A stretch of 64,000 nucleotides of DNA from a virus: the IMG/VR virus record IMGVR_UViG_3300027704_000021, positions 3,088-67,087 of that record; one strand, written 5' to 3'. Position numbers and translations under genes: made by a program. Positions within the stretch are counted from its first letter, which is position 1. Each line of letters starts with the position of its first letter. The notes beneath the pieces are model-generated. The model searched no databases. It was not told where the DNA came from and was given only the letters and a program-made list of their open reading frames with translations. Shown in pieces: positions 38,680-50,001 of the stretch.

Positions 38680-41600
38680 ATGGCAAAACAGCAGATAAAA
38701 AATTACGTCTTTAAACCAGGAATGAGCGCCGCAGCATATGCTTATCCTAATAGTTACGGTTTATTATATAGTAATAAAACATATTTACAAGTAGAAGCAA
38801 CAGCGTGGATTACCCAACAAGTAGCCCACGGAGCTCAGTATACACCAAGTACTGCAACCTATACGCCGACTACTGGTATAATGGAATTGACTATAGGAAC
38901 ACACAGCTTAGAAGTTGGTGATGTACTTGGTCTTAATGCCGCTGGCATAACATTTACACGAGCATCAGACTCAAGTAGTCATGCGTATCCAAGAGCAACT
39001 GGAGCTCCTACTACTTCTGGTAGCGATCCTAGCTATAATAATCCAGTGTTTATTACAGCAGTTACAGCAACAACAATTACAATACTTGTAGGTATATCGT
39101 CTGACACTTCTGTTCATACGTTTGCTAGTGCTACTAGTAATGTAGTAACAGCAGGCTTCGCAGGATATACTTTTAACGAATCAAAATGTCAAAGAGACTT
39201 AAAATACGTTCTTGATGCATATTTATGGGACCTAAGATATAGAGGTAACGAAGAAACACGATTTGTAGCTAGCAAATATTTTGAAGGTACAGTAGCACAA
39301 GTTGATGGCGACAGACTTCCAGAAATTTATACACATACAAAAATTAGAAATCTTATTAACGATTTTATTTTTACTAAAACAATAAATCCTAATACAGTTA
39401 ATACTACAGTAGCTCAAAATATAACTGGCAATGCAAGCGAAGCAATGGCACAGTTTACGCCAACTAATGGAACATATACTCCGACTACTGGTGTAATGTC
39501 ATTAACTATTGGCACACACACTCTTGCAGTTAGTGACGAAATCTTTATTGCTCCGGCAGCAGTTACATTTACGTGTGCATTAGACGGTGACGCAACACTG
39601 CATCCTTATCCAAGAGCTTCAGGTGTTCCTAATGCTACTGGTAAAGACGGATTTTATTATGCGCCACTTCGTATTACAGCAGTAACTTCAACTACGATTA
39701 CTGTTAATGTTGGTGTATCATCTGATACTTCATTACATACATTTAATAGTGCGTTAACAAACGGCGTAACAGCAGGTCCTGCAGCAGTAATTAATACCCT
39801 AGCGTTTAATGTAATAGACACTATTACAACAGGATTAACATCATTGCCAAAACTTGTTGAAAGTGGCGTTGGAAATATTAAAGTACAAGGTCGTCATGGA
39901 CTAGAAGCACTTCTATTAATTACAAATACTACTAAAAATGAAATAGTATATAACTTTGCTAGTAACGAAACAGGCGGCAAAACTAAATTAATTACTAAAG
40001 GGTATGACAAAGACTTTAAAACATACCTACAAACTACAGATGCTATTACAAAAATTTGGTTTAACTATGACACTAGTTCTCATGCTATAACTGACGAGAT
40101 ACAAGTTTTTGCAGAAACTGCTGAAGTAAAAATTAGACCATACGACTTTGGCACAGATGCTATTGAACGTATGCGTATTGCTAACCCATTAAGTATGCTT
40201 GACGCTGACTTTGAGTACGGACTACAGCCTACTAAATGGTCAGCTATTGGAACGTTACGTGGATACCCAAGTGTGTACGAAATTCCGGCAACTAATACTG
40301 CGGTATTAAGTGTTACTACAGATGCGTCTGCTGGTACTGCTGGAATAGGTGCAAGTTTAATTACAGTTACTACAGTAGTTGCACATGGATTTGATGCAGG
40401 TGATCCTGTTACAATTAAGGCACTAGAAAACTCAATTGCAGGTGTAGCTAGAGCAGAAGGTAGTTTTGTTATTAATTTAGTTCCAACTGCTAGCTCGTTT
40501 AACTATTATGCAAAATCAAAAGTTGGAACAAGTTCGGGACAAATATTAACAACTACATATGCACAGTTAAGAAAAGCAGCATTTTATACCGGTGCAAGTA
40601 TTGGTCAACCTATTATCAGTGTAGCAAGTAATGGTTCGTCTGGAAGTTTTACAACACAATTAGCAGTTGCTTCAGGAAGTACTATAATTCCGTTTGACGG
40701 GGCAGCTCCAGAAATTGGTTCTCCACTTACTAACGCATCTATACCAACAGGCTCCCAGGTAACATCTATTATTGATACTAGTGCAGGTGGCGGAACATTC
40801 TTAACACTAGAAACAACAACAACGACAGCTGCAAACACTGATACACTACAAGTTTCATCTACAACAGGTCTACAAAATGATATGGCAGTTGACCGAGGCG
40901 ACGGAACTGCTATCTATGTACAATCTATTGGAACAGGAGGCGATGCATTAGGAGTACAATTTAGTGCAAACTTTATTAATTCAAGAATTGGTAACGTTGT
41001 ATCGTATAGTGGCTTAGCTGGTATTAACGTTTCGGCAATCGGTGCAAACGCTACATTTAATATATCTCCATCAGCAGACTCAAGTAATTTATATATATTA
41101 AATTCTATAGCAACAGGCGGCAATGATTACGAAGTAGGCGATAGTATTAAAATACTAGGCAACTTGTTAGGTGGTGAATCTCCAGCAAACGATGCAGTTA
41201 TATATGTAACTAGTACAGCCAGTGATGGTGATATTAATAGTGCTACTATTACAGGATTATCATTCAACGGATTTGCTATACTAGGCGGCGCAGTACATAC
41301 TCCTTATGGATATTTAGGCACTGGCGCAGTATTTAATGTTTCATATCTAAATACAACCTATACAGGAGTTGCAATTGCAAACGGAGGCACAAGCTATAAA
41401 GTAGGCGATGTTGTTGTAATTGACGGTTCTGTAATCCAACCAACTGGAGGAAGTTCAGTTCATACTAACTATGTAACAGTATCAACAGTAGCCGCAGGCG
41501 GCGAAGTACTTGCTATAAACAATATTACACAAGTTCCTGCTAACAGAACTCCGGGAACATATACAGGCGTAGCTAGCACAGGTGGCGGTGGATCAACATA

Positions 41601-44600
41601 TACTGTTATTGTTTCTCCAGCTGGTGAACATCTAACAATGACTAACTTTTCCGCAGCTAATGCATTAAGACCACAGTTAACTTATAGTGGAGTAACTGGT
41701 ACTAGTAGTGGCTCAGGAACTGTAGGAACATTTAATATTACAGTAAATGCAATTGGTGCTATATTAGATGTTACGGTAGTTACTAAAGGTTCAGGACATA
41801 CAGCTGGCGACACAATTACTATTGCTGACGCAGCATTAGGTGCCGGCGGCGCAGCTAACTTTACTATGGACGTTAGTACAATTAGTGTAGCAGGTGATGT
41901 TACTATGAATGCTATTACTATTGTTACTGCTGGTACAGGTGTTGCTCAAGGAGCAACAATTACTATTGCTGACGCAGTATTAGGCGGAGGTGGCGGTGCA
42001 GCTATTACCGTTGAAGCTCAAACTGTAGGACTGGCAGGAAGAATAACTGGAATAACTTTTTCAACTGTTAATGCTCCGCAACGAGATGAAACTTTTACTA
42101 ATGTAGCTTATACAACAGATTCAGCAGGCGGCTCAGGCGCAACTTTTGCAATCCAAGTAACAGGTGCAAGCTATCAAGTAACAGGCGGAGGTGGTACTAA
42201 CTATCTAGTAGGTGAAATTATTACATTTGCTGGTGACCAAGTCGGCGGCGCCGATCCGGCAAATAACGCAGTAGCAACAATTACTACTGTTGATGCTGGT
42301 GGAGCAGTTTTGGCGTATACTGTAACTGGCGCAGCTGTTAACGGAAGAACAGCGTTGGGAGTAACTGGAGCAAATAGACAAGGATCTGCTGCAACTTTTA
42401 CAATAGAATTATCTGAAGGCGACTACACATTTATTGGAGTTAGTACTCCTGGCACAGGATACGGGCTAGGCCAACAACTAATAGTTCCTGGGTCTAACTT
42501 ACGAGGAGCAGCGCCTGTTAATGATGCAACAGTTACTATTACATCAATAGATCAAATATCTACAGGAGCAATAACAGGAGTAACAGTTACTGGAACGGCA
42601 GCAAACCCAACAGGCCCATACAACTCTCTAACTGGAGCAAATATATCAAATACAGGTGTTGACGCTACATTTAATGTTAGACGAAATTATACTGCATACG
42701 ATAATATTTCAGTTACTGGAGGTGGATCTGGATATAAAATAGGCGATCGTATTACTATATCTGGCACAAGTTTAGAAGGTGCTAGTCCATTAAACGATAT
42801 TGAATTGTTTGTTGATGCTGTTGGTGGAGGCATTATCACAGCAGTAACAGGTACGTATACTATTGCTACACCTGGCACAAACATTGATATAATTTCAACA
42901 GTATCTATATCAGAAGCAACCAGTGCTTCAATATTAATAAACCAAACAGTTAGTTATGCAGCACTAGCAACATTAAATATTGGCTGGACTTATGCTCATG
43001 GACTAGTTCCAGGAGATACATTTATTGTTACAGTTACATCAGATGATGGCTCGAACAATCACGACTTAGCAGGCGGAAGCTTTTTTGCTACTGAAATTCC
43101 AACAATAAACGGGCTTAGATACCAGGCAAGAGCTACGGGAGCAATTGATGTTTCTAGTATACCACTTAACGGAGTAGTATATCCTAGACCAGATAGTTTC
43201 TTTGTGCATAGGCCATATGACGGCGGTGTGCAATTAGGCACAGGCGGTCCGCAACATGGCGCACAAGCAATACGTCAAAGTAAAAAGTATATTAGATACC
43301 AGTCAGGTAAAGGTATTATGTACACAACAGGTGCATTGTTTGCTCCGAGTTATGATCTACAAAGTGTAATAGCAGAAAATGTTGAAGTTGGTGCATTAAT
43401 AACTATTACTTGTGACGATAATGATCACGGAGTACAAGAAGGCGGCGTTATTCGATTACTTGGTATCGAAACTGAAGGCTACAATAGCGGCAATGAAACA
43501 GCAGTTGGTAGTAATTTTGATTATGACGTAGTTGACGTAATTGACGAAAGAATATTTAAAGTACGTTCAAAACGTAGACTAGGCGCAACAACTGCCGTAC
43601 TAGGGTTCGGAGCACAGATGAGTGTTGTAAGTTGGCACGGTGCTACTGTACGTTCAGGAATCTTTGATGATCAAAATGGAATTTTTTGGGAGTTTGATGG
43701 CACACAGATAAGTGCAGTACAGCGTACAGGTACGAAACAAGTTGCAGGTACTATTGCACTAGAAATAGACTCAAACTATATTACGGGTACCAATACAAGA
43801 TTTAGAGATCAGTTAAAAGCTGGTGATAGAGTTATTCTTAAAGGTATGACACACGTAGTTAGTCATGTTATTAGTGATACAACAATGACAGTAACGCCTG
43901 ACTGGCGCGGCGTAGTTAATATTACAGGTGCAAAGATGGCACTAGTAGCTGATAAGAAAGCTAAACAGAGCGAGTTTAACGTAGACAAGTTAGACGGAAC
44001 GGGTCCAAGCGGTTATGATATGGACATTGCTAAGATGCAGATGATTGGTATTCAGTATACATGGTATGGTGCTGGATTTATTGACTGGATGGTACGTGGT
44101 TCAACTGGTTCCTTTGTGTTCGCACACAGAATGCGTAATTCAAACGTAAACACAGAAGCGTTTATGCGTTCAGGTAACTTGCCTGTACGTTATGAAGTTA
44201 CTAATGAAGGCCCTCCAGGTAAGTTAAAATCTGCAATGACTAATTCACAAAATACTATGGTATTAGAAGATAGTAGTTTCTTTCCATACGCTGCAACAGT
44301 GTATGTAGATAACGAAATTATAACCTATACTGGAAATAGCATAGCAACTAATACATTAACAGGGCTTAATAGAAGTGCAGCACTAAGTACATTCCAAGCT
44401 GGAGCACAGCGTAGTTATACAGCAGGTCCTGCAGCAGTTCATTCCGCTAGAACAGGCGTTATTATAATTTCACAAACAATTACTCCGTTGATTAGTCACT
44501 GGGGTAGTGCGTTCCTAACAGATGGAGGATTTGATGAAGATCGAGGATACATCTTTAGTTACGCTGAAACAAGTATTGCTGTTAGTACTACAAAACAAAC

Positions 44601-45660
44601 AGCATTTATGATGCGACTAGCACCTAGTGTTAGTAATGCTATTGTAGGAGATTTAGGAGAACGAGAACTACTAAACAGAGCACAGTTATTACTTAATGGA
44701 CTTGAGGTTACTTCAGACACAGGAAGTGGCGGAATTGTTATTGAAGGTGTGCTTAATCCTCAAAACTATCCACTTAACCCAAGTGACGTTGGATGGTCAC
44801 AACTAAGCGGTGTTGCTCAAGGTGGACAACCTAGCTTTGCTCAAGTAGCATCAGGTGGTGGCGTTACATGGACAACTGGAGTATCAGCTGTTAACTCTAC
44901 AATAACATCAGTTGATACAATTGGAGCTACAATAAACAGTGGTCAATATGGTTCTAGTAACGGGCGAAGATACCTTTATATAAGTGCTAACGACTTTAGA
45001 GCAGTGTTTGGAAATTCTAACATAAATGAGGTTATTGGTAAAACAATTACAGGAACTGGTATAGCTAGTAATACCACTATCCAAAGTGGATATATTCGTA
45101 CTTACGACAACTTTGGATACTTTAGACTTTCTAGAAATCTTACAGGGACCATTAGTCCGAATACTGCTGACGCTGTAACTATAGCTTACAACACAGCACT
45201 AGTAAATAAGAGCTTTGGTTACTTTACTACAGCTAGTGTTGAATCAACAACTGCTACAATTGGTACTGCTATTACTGGTATAAGTGGCGGCGGATCATTC
45301 CCAGCTAATACACAGATAAGTGATATTGCAAGTATTACATGGGCTGGAAACACATTTTTCCAAATAGAATTTAACAACTCCTTTACTGGAACACTAGCAC
45401 TAAACACAGGTACAATTACAGCAACAGTTGAACAACCACCGTTTGCCCAACCAGGAGAAACTGTATTCTCATTCATTGCTGTACCTGGAGAAAGATCTAC
45501 ACTAGACTTATCGCAGTTGAAAGAACTTACTAACACACCATTAGGTGGTAGAGGAACATTCCCAAATGGTCCAGACGTGTTAGCTATTAACGTTTATAAA
45601 GTTGATGGAGCAGATATTAATTCAAATATTATTATTAAATGGGGAGAAGCTCAAGCTTAA
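38680..45660 (+). CDS. Giant Thr/Gly-rich virion structural protein (2326 aa)
   Basis: Duplicated N-terminal domain (YTPTTG.M.LTIGTH..YPRA.G), many GG.GY..GD.ITI.G..LGG..P.ND repeats, C-terminal YQSGKG..QYTWYGAG domain. Confidence 0.75.
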   Translation: MAKQQIKNYVFKPGMSAAAYAYPNSYGLLYSNKTYLQVEATAWITQQVAHGAQYTPSTATYTPTTGIMELTIGTHSLEVGDVLGLNAAGITFTRASDSSSHAYPRATGAPTTSGSDPSYNNPVFITAVTATTITILVGISSDTSVHTFASATSNVVTAGFAGYTFNESKCQRDLKYVLDAYLWDLRYRGNEETRFVASKYFEGTVAQVDGDRLPEIYTHTKIRNLINDFIFTKTINPNTVNTTVAQNITGNASEAMAQFTPTNGTYTPTTGVMSLTIGTHTLAVSDEIFIAPAAVTFTCALDGDATLHPYPRASGVPNATGKDGFYYAPLRITAVTSTTITVNVGVSSDTSLHTFNSALTNGVTAGPAAVINTLAFNVIDTITTGLTSLPKLVESGVGNIKVQGRHGLEALLLITNTTKNEIVYNFASNETGGKTKLITKGYDKDFKTYLQTTDAITKIWFNYDTSSHAITDEIQVFAETAEVKIRPYDFGTDAIERMRIANPLSMLDADFEYGLQPTKWSAIGTLRGYPSVYEIPATNTAVLSVTTDASAGTAGIGASLITVTTVVAHGFDAGDPVTIKALENSIAGVARAEGSFVINLVPTASSFNYYAKSKVGTSSGQILTTTYAQLRKAAFYTGASIGQPIISVASNGSSGSFTTQLAVASGSTIIPFDGAAPEIGSPLTNASIPTGSQVTSIIDTSAGGGTFLTLETTTTTAANTDTLQVSSTTGLQNDMAVDRGDGTAIYVQSIGTGGDALGVQFSANFINSRIGNVVSYSGLAGINVSAIGANATFNISPSADSSNLYILNSIATGGNDYEVGDSIKILGNLLGGESPANDAVIYVTSTASDGDINSATITGLSFNGFAILGGAVHTPYGYLGTGAVFNVSYLNTTYTGVAIANGGTSYKVGDVVVIDGSVIQPTGGSSVHTNYVTVSTVAAGGEVLAINNITQVPANRTPGTYTGVASTGGGGSTYTVIVSPAGEHLTMTNFSAANALRPQLTYSGVTGTSSGSGTVGTFNITVNAIGAILDVTVVTKGSGHTAGDTITIADAALGAGGAANFTMDVSTISVAGDVTMNAITIVTAGTGVAQGATITIADAVLGGGGGAAITVEAQTVGLAGRITGITFSTVNAPQRDETFTNVAYTTDSAGGSGATFAIQVTGASYQVTGGGGTNYLVGEIITFAGDQVGGADPANNAVATITTVDAGGAVLAYTVTGAAVNGRTALGVTGANRQGSAATFTIELSEGDYTFIGVSTPGTGYGLGQQLIVPGSNLRGAAPVNDATVTITSIDQISTGAITGVTVTGTAANPTGPYNSLTGANISNTGVDATFNVRRNYTAYDNISVTGGGSGYKIGDRITISGTSLEGASPLNDIELFVDAVGGGIITAVTGTYTIATPGTNIDIISTVSISEATSASILINQTVSYAALATLNIGWTYAHGLVPGDTFIVTVTSDDGSNNHDLAGGSFFATEIPTINGLRYQARATGAIDVSSIPLNGVVYPRPDSFFVHRPYDGGVQLGTGGPQHGAQAIRQSKKYIRYQSGKGIMYTTGALFAPSYDLQSVIAENVEVGALITITCDDNDHGVQEGGVIRLLGIETEGYNSGNETAVGSNFDYDVVDVIDERIFKVRSKRRLGATTAVLGFGAQMSVVSWHGATVRSGIFDDQNGIFWEFDGTQISAVQRTGTKQVAGTIALEIDSNYITGTNTRFRDQLKAGDRVILKGMTHVVSHVISDTTMTVTPDWRGVVNITGAKMALVADKKAKQSEFNVDKLDGTGPSGYDMDIAKMQMIGIQYTWYGAGFIDWMVRGSTGSFVFAHRMRNSNVNTEAFMRSGNLPVRYEVTNEGPPGKLKSAMTNSQNTMVLEDSSFFPYAATVYVDNEIITYTGNSIATNTLTGLNRSAALSTFQAGAQRSYTAGPAAVHSARTGVIIISQTITPLISHWGSAFLTDGGFDEDRGYIFSYAETSIAVSTTKQTAFMMRLAPSVSNAIVGDLGERELLNRAQLLLNGLEVTSDTGSGGIVIEGVLNPQNYPLNPSDVGWSQLSGVAQGGQPSFAQVASGGGVTWTTGVSAVNSTITSVDTIGATINSGQYGSSNGRRYLYISANDFRAVFGNSNINEVIGKTITGTGIASNTTIQSGYIRTYDNFGYFRLSRNLTGTISPNTADAVTIAYNTALVNKSFGYFTTASVESTTATIGTAITGISGGGSFPANTQISDIASITWAGNTFFQIEFNNSFTGTLALNTGTITATVEQPPFAQPGETVFSFIAVPGERSTLDLSQLKELTNTPLGGRGTFPNGPDVLAINVYKVDGADINSNIIIKWGEAQA

Positions 45661-46325
45661 TCTTCAAGATAATTAACAAAATCTAAAAGCGTATCAAATA
45701 CTTTGGTACGCTTTTTTATTGACCTGTAAGTAAATCTTTTATTAATTAATTCTTCAGTTTCTTTTCCGTAACCAGTGCGTACTAGTATTGGCTGGGCACC
45801 TACTTTTATAGCCGCTTTAAGATCAGATAATTTGTCACCAACATAATAACCTTTGGCAAACTTTACGTGCGGCACTTCTTTTTCACAACGCTTAAACTAA
45901 TAACCTTTGGCAAACTTTACGTGCGGCACTTCTTTTTCACAACGCTTAAACATTCCTGTGTTGGGCTTTGCATATAGGTCATTTTTTCTACTACTAGCAC
46001 TATAGTATATTCCGTCTATACTAGTACAACCTGCCTGTCCAAACAGTTCAAACATGTGTCTATGTAAATCGTCAACATCTTCTTCCGTAAATAGACCCTT
46101 TTCAATTCCACCTTGATTTGTTATAATAACTATTTTATGACCCATCCTGCGTAGTTTTGAAATAGCCTTTATACTTCCGTCAATAGGCTTAAAGTCTTTA
46201 CTACGGTAGCAATATGTACCAAGATCTTCGTTAATAACCCCGTCTCGGTCTAATCCGATAACACACTTAGGAGCAATATAGTTTGGACTAGAGTCATAAT
46301 CGTCACTCCAGCTAATATCAACCAT
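45657..46325 (-). CDS. gmhB: D,D-heptose 1,7-bisphosphate phosphatase; interrupted by a 54-bp duplication
   Basis: LDRDGVIN, IITNQGGI, KPNTGMF, VGDKLSDL, LVRTGYG; 45844-45897 = 45898-45951 creates a TAG at the junction. Confidence 0.88.
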
Positions 46326-46713
46326 CGATCATATTTTCCGGATCAAGCGATTGGCTATCGCCTGGAATAAGTCTATAATTGTCTTCAACTGAATCAGCTG
46401 TACTAACTTCAGTAATAGAACTCATAGGTTCTAATGCTTCTATTTGATGCGGTTGTAAAGGAGGGTTATGCCAAGTATCACCTTCGTTTAATTCTTTTTC
46501 AAAGATGGTTGCATCTTTTGTATCAATCCAACGTACTTTAAATTTGCCACTATTTACAAACCATGTTTCATCTTTTTCTCTATGGAAGTGCATGCTAAAT
46601 TTAGCACCTACTTTTTCAAATACCATAATCTTGCCACAGTACTTGTCGTTAGTAGCCCAAATAAGTTCGTAGCCCCAACCTTTTTTTACATGTCCTGACA
46701 GTCTTTTATCCAA
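46318..46713 (-). CDS. Cupin protein (sugar isomerase-like)
   Basis: KGWGYE, SMHFHREKDETW, PHQIEA, EVST..DNYR. Confidence 0.8.
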   Translation of the reverse strand: MDKRLSGHVKKGWGYELIWATNDKYCGKIMVFEKVGAKFSMHFHREKDETWFVNSGKFKVRWIDTKDATIFEKELNEGDTWHNPPLQPHQIEALEPMSSITEVSTADSVEDNYRLIPGDSQSLDPENMIDG

Positions 46714-47425
46714 AATCTATCTCCACTTTTTTAGCAAATGTTAAGTTGAATACATTCCAACTCATGGTTAATCTTTCAACATCACTCTTAAAAGGATATA
46801 CTTGATGTTTAAGTTCTGCAGGAAACATAAAGATCTGTCCAGTTACAGGAACTATCCTATGAGCTGATGCTCCCCAACTTCCGTGTACCCATTCTAATTG
46901 TCCCGGACAACGTGCATTAGATTCAATTGGAATAGTTTCCGGTTCGTTGGCAATCTCTTCAGGAACGTCTACCATAATTATTCCACTAATCATGCCGCTA
47001 TGAGCATGTGCTGGATTAAATTCGTTTGCCTTCATATAATTGAACCAAACACCGTTACCTAAATCAAATTGTATTGAATTGTAATCTACATCATCTACAG
47101 CTAGACCTTCAATGGAACCATCTTCGTGTGCTGGCATCATAGATAGCCTTCTTTCATCATCAGCTTTAAACCATTCTTGTACATGGGGTACTAATAAGCC
47201 AAGCATTTGTAATTGCATTTCAGGAGATGCAGCTGTATTCCCCCGTTGTACTTCAATGTTTCCTGACAGTGCATATCCCATATGATCAGCGTTTCGATTT
47301 AATTCTGCAAAATGTTTTACAAATTTTAAATCTTTTTCGTTTAATTTAGCTGAGTATATAGTTGGGCCAAACGGCGCTATCATTTCAAATTCTGGAACAT
47401 ACTCGCCTTTATGATTAATGATCAT
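46706..47425 (-). CDS. Putative 2OG-Fe(II) oxygenase
   Basis: WFNYMKANEFNPAHAH..SG..FPAELKHQVYPF..RLTMSWN. Confidence 0.75.
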   Translation of the reverse strand: MIINHKGEYVPEFEMIAPFGPTIYSAKLNEKDLKFVKHFAELNRNADHMGYALSGNIEVQRGNTAASPEMQLQMLGLLVPHVQEWFKADDERRLSMMPAHEDGSIEGLAVDDVDYNSIQFDLGNGVWFNYMKANEFNPAHAHSGMISGIIMVDVPEEIANEPETIPIESNARCPGQLEWVHGSWGASAHRIVPVTGQIFMFPAELKHQVYPFKSDVERLTMSWNVFNLTFAKKVEIDFG

Positions 47426-48233
47426 TAATGTAATCCTTTATATTAATCCATTCCATATCTATAACACTATTTAATTTGTCTAGGTTAGCACAGGTGTATT
47501 CTTGGTATTGATTTTTAACATTATCCGGAATAGGAATATAATTAATTGCTGCATTATATTTTTTAGCAATAGTTTGTGCTACAGTGTCAAAGCTTTCTGG
47601 ATTACCAGTGCCAACATTATAGATATTGCTAGCATCAACTGTAAGCATTTTTTCGTGTACTTTACATATATCTTCTACACATACAAAGTCACGTTTGTAA
47701 TGTTCGCTATCTTCAAACACATTAATAACATTATCTTGCTGTGCTTGTATTCTAAACTTAGTATACGGACTTGCTTGATCGCCTTTTTCTCCTTCATGAG
47801 AACCATATACATTAAAATATCTAAAGCCTTGTACAATCACATTAAAGTCATCTTTATGCTGGTTTACAAACCTATCAAACAAATACTTGCTCCATGCATA
47901 AGGGCTTTGTGGCAACAATGGGCCGTCTTCAGTAAAATGTGTAGTAGGACCGTATACACTTGCACTAGAAGCGTACTGAAAATTTGTCCCGTAGTTCTCA
48001 CATACTTGAAGTATCTTCATACTGTATTCAAAGTTTTGTTCCATGATTTGATCTACATCAGTATATGTTGTACTACTAATAGCACCAAGATGAATTACCC
48101 AATCATACCCACTAGGATCAGGAACACAATTCTCTACATAGTCCCAGCCTTCGACATCGTGTCCTTGACCTACTAGGTAGTTGCACATGTTTTGTCCAAT
48201 AAAGCCTTTATATCCTGTAACTAGTATTTTCAT
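47415..48233 (-). CDS. hldD: ADP-L-glycero-D-manno-heptose 6-epimerase
   Basis: ILVTGYKGFIG, HLGAISST, YASSASVYG, YAWSK, RYFNVYG..E..KG..AS, RDFVCVED, YQEYTCA. Confidence 0.88.
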   Translation of the reverse strand: MKILVTGYKGFIGQNMCNYLVGQGHDVEGWDYVENCVPDPSGYDWVIHLGAISSTTYTDVDQIMEQNFEYSMKILQVCENYGTNFQYASSASVYGPTTHFTEDGPLLPQSPYAWSKYLFDRFVNQHKDDFNVIVQGFRYFNVYGSHEGEKGDQASPYTKFRIQAQQDNVINVFEDSEHYKRDFVCVEDICKVHEKMLTVDASNIYNVGTGNPESFDTVAQTIAKKYNAAINYIPIPDNVKNQYQEYTCANLDKLNSVIDMEWINIKDYINDH

Positions 48234-48859
48234 TTAGGTATCCTGTTATTATCCATAATTGGCCATCCATCATTATCAAGAGGTAAGTCTAAACCTTGCT
48301 CCCAGTGATTTCGGTATGTTATATCTTCAGGCGCCATTAATGCATGCCATTTTTTATCATCTCGCCACGGAATGAAGTTAAAATTTATTACTACTCTGCG
48401 TAATTCGTCAGTACATGTAGCACCGCTATGTTTAATATTAGCTGGAAAAATAACTAATCGATTTGCAACACTCTCAACTTTATCACCATCATCAAATATA
48501 GTGTAGCCGTTGTTAGTGTTTACGTAATAGATTGCAGTTAATGCTCCTGGAGCTAGTGTGTCTACATGCATACCGTGAACTTCATTGCCTTCAGTTTTTG
48601 TGAGAAGATTAGCTTTTATCCTTATTAATACTTGAGGTTGTATTACTTCCATAATAGGATATGCTACTTGGTATTCCATCTGATTATCCATATGATATCC
48701 TTCATGAATAGTATGGACAAATTGGAAGTCTCCCTTGCTACTAGGATCAGCAACTCCTTCACCAAAGTGCCAATTATATTGTAAGCTCATCATTTGTTCT
48801 TGAACTTTTCCAAAAGCTTCTTTAGATAGTGCATCGTTAATAATAACTTTTTTAGTCAT
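48230..48859 (-). CDS. Putative 2OG-Fe(II) oxygenase
   Basis: RIKANL..HVD..TAIYYVNTNNGYT..VESVANRLVIF..H..RVVINFN. Confidence 0.75.
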   Translation of the reverse strand: MTKKVIINDALSKEAFGKVQEQMMSLQYNWHFGEGVADPSSKGDFQFVHTIHEGYHMDNQMEYQVAYPIMEVIQPQVLIRIKANLLTKTEGNEVHGMHVDTLAPGALTAIYYVNTNNGYTIFDDGDKVESVANRLVIFPANIKHSGATCTDELRRVVINFNFIPWRDDKKWHALMAPEDITYRNHWEQGLDLPLDNDGWPIMDNNRIPK

Positions 48860-49995
48860 TCCATTTCCTTTATTATGTGTGTTGTAGAATGCCCTTCTAC
48901 TTTAGGAAATATATTAACTTCTGCTAAATCGTTTCCTACCACAGTTTCTACAGTATAATCGCCACCCTTAACAATTATATCAGGCTGTGTCTTCTTAATT
49001 ATACTATACGGAGTATCATCGTCAAATATTAATACTTCATCAACTATGTTTAGTAGTTCAAGTGCTTCTTTTCTTTTTGTTTGATCGTTAATGGGTCTAG
49101 TTTCGCCTTTTAACCGCTTTACACTAGCATCGCTGTTAATAGCTACTATAAGTTTGTCACCTAAGCTACAAGCGTGTTTAAGCAGTCTTAGATGCCCTAA
49201 ATGCAGTATATCAAAGCATCCGTTGGTAAATATGACCTTATCTTCTAAGTCGTGCTTTGATAAAATATGTGTACCAGTGTGTTTAACTGCTTCAGTAGCA
49301 CCTTTGACAGCAAGCTCTAAACAGCGTTTGTGATCGTAGCCTTTTGTTAATCCATATACAAATGCTGCTAAGAAACAATCGCCGGCACCTGTAACATCTG
49401 CTACTTCTATATTATCCACAGGAACGTCATAGACTTTGTCGTTAATTTTAGCAACAACACTATCTCCAGCTCGTGTAGTAACAATGTTGCCCGGCCAAAG
49501 ATCGAAGTCTAGTTCTGTAAATTCTTTTTCGTTAGGTTTTACAAGCCAAGCACCTTCATAAAGACTATAGTGATCTTTTGGATCCACTATTACTTTACAG
49601 CCAAACTTGTTAATGTGTTCAATAATCTCATGTGATTTTTCTAATACACCTTTAGCATAATCACTTAATATTACATAGTCGTACCCTTGGAAATCTTTAC
49701 TAAGTATATCGTTTAGTATTGTATTGCTATTTGCGTGATAGTCATTGTCAATACGTGTGATATAATGTCCGTCACACATAACACGAGTCTTTGTACTTTT
49801 AGGTTGATCATACTCATACAGTGTAACATCTACACCTAGACTTTTTAAGTTTTCATAAACTAGTCCTGCGCCGCCAAGTGTTTCAACTTCATGTAAGTGT
49901 TTAACAATAGGTACAGGCGCTTCAGGACTTAAACGTTCTGAAGTTCCATAGATATATTTGTCGATTATTACATCGCCGAGAACTAATACTTTCAT
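48856..49995 (-). CDS. hldE: Bifunctional heptose 7-phosphate kinase / heptose 1-phosphate nucleotidyltransferase
   Basis: RLSPEAPVP, SDYAKG, VDPK, KPNEKE, DVTGAGD (kinase); FTNGCFDILHLGH, NSDASVKRLKG, VKGGDY, GHSTT (transferase). Confidence 0.93.
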   Translation of the reverse strand: MKVLVLGDVIIDKYIYGTSERLSPEAPVPIVKHLHEVETLGGAGLVYENLKSLGVDVTLYEYDQPKSTKTRVMCDGHYITRIDNDYHANSNTILNDILSKDFQGYDYVILSDYAKGVLEKSHEIIEHINKFGCKVIVDPKDHYSLYEGAWLVKPNEKEFTELDFDLWPGNIVTTRAGDSVVAKINDKVYDVPVDNIEVADVTGAGDCFLAAFVYGLTKGYDHKRCLELAVKGATEAVKHTGTHILSKHDLEDKVIFTNGCFDILHLGHLRLLKHACSLGDKLIVAINSDASVKRLKGETRPINDQTKRKEALELLNIVDEVLIFDDDTPYSIIKKTQPDIIVKGGDYTVETVVGNDLAEVNIFPKVEGHSTTHIIKEME

Positions 49996-50001
49996 ACTAT
50001 T

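Noticed and set aside
45897-45899. In-frame TAG inside gmhB suggesting stop-codon reassignment or readthrough
   Set aside because: The TAG is created exactly at the junction of the 54-bp duplication; other genes use TAG as a normal stop and long ORFs are intact in the standard code.
45657-49995. Bacterial LPS locus as contamination or chimeric assembly
   Set aside because: Overlaps the stop of the phage structural gene, has similar AT-rich composition, includes phage-typical oxygenases, and is flanked by phage genes on both sides.
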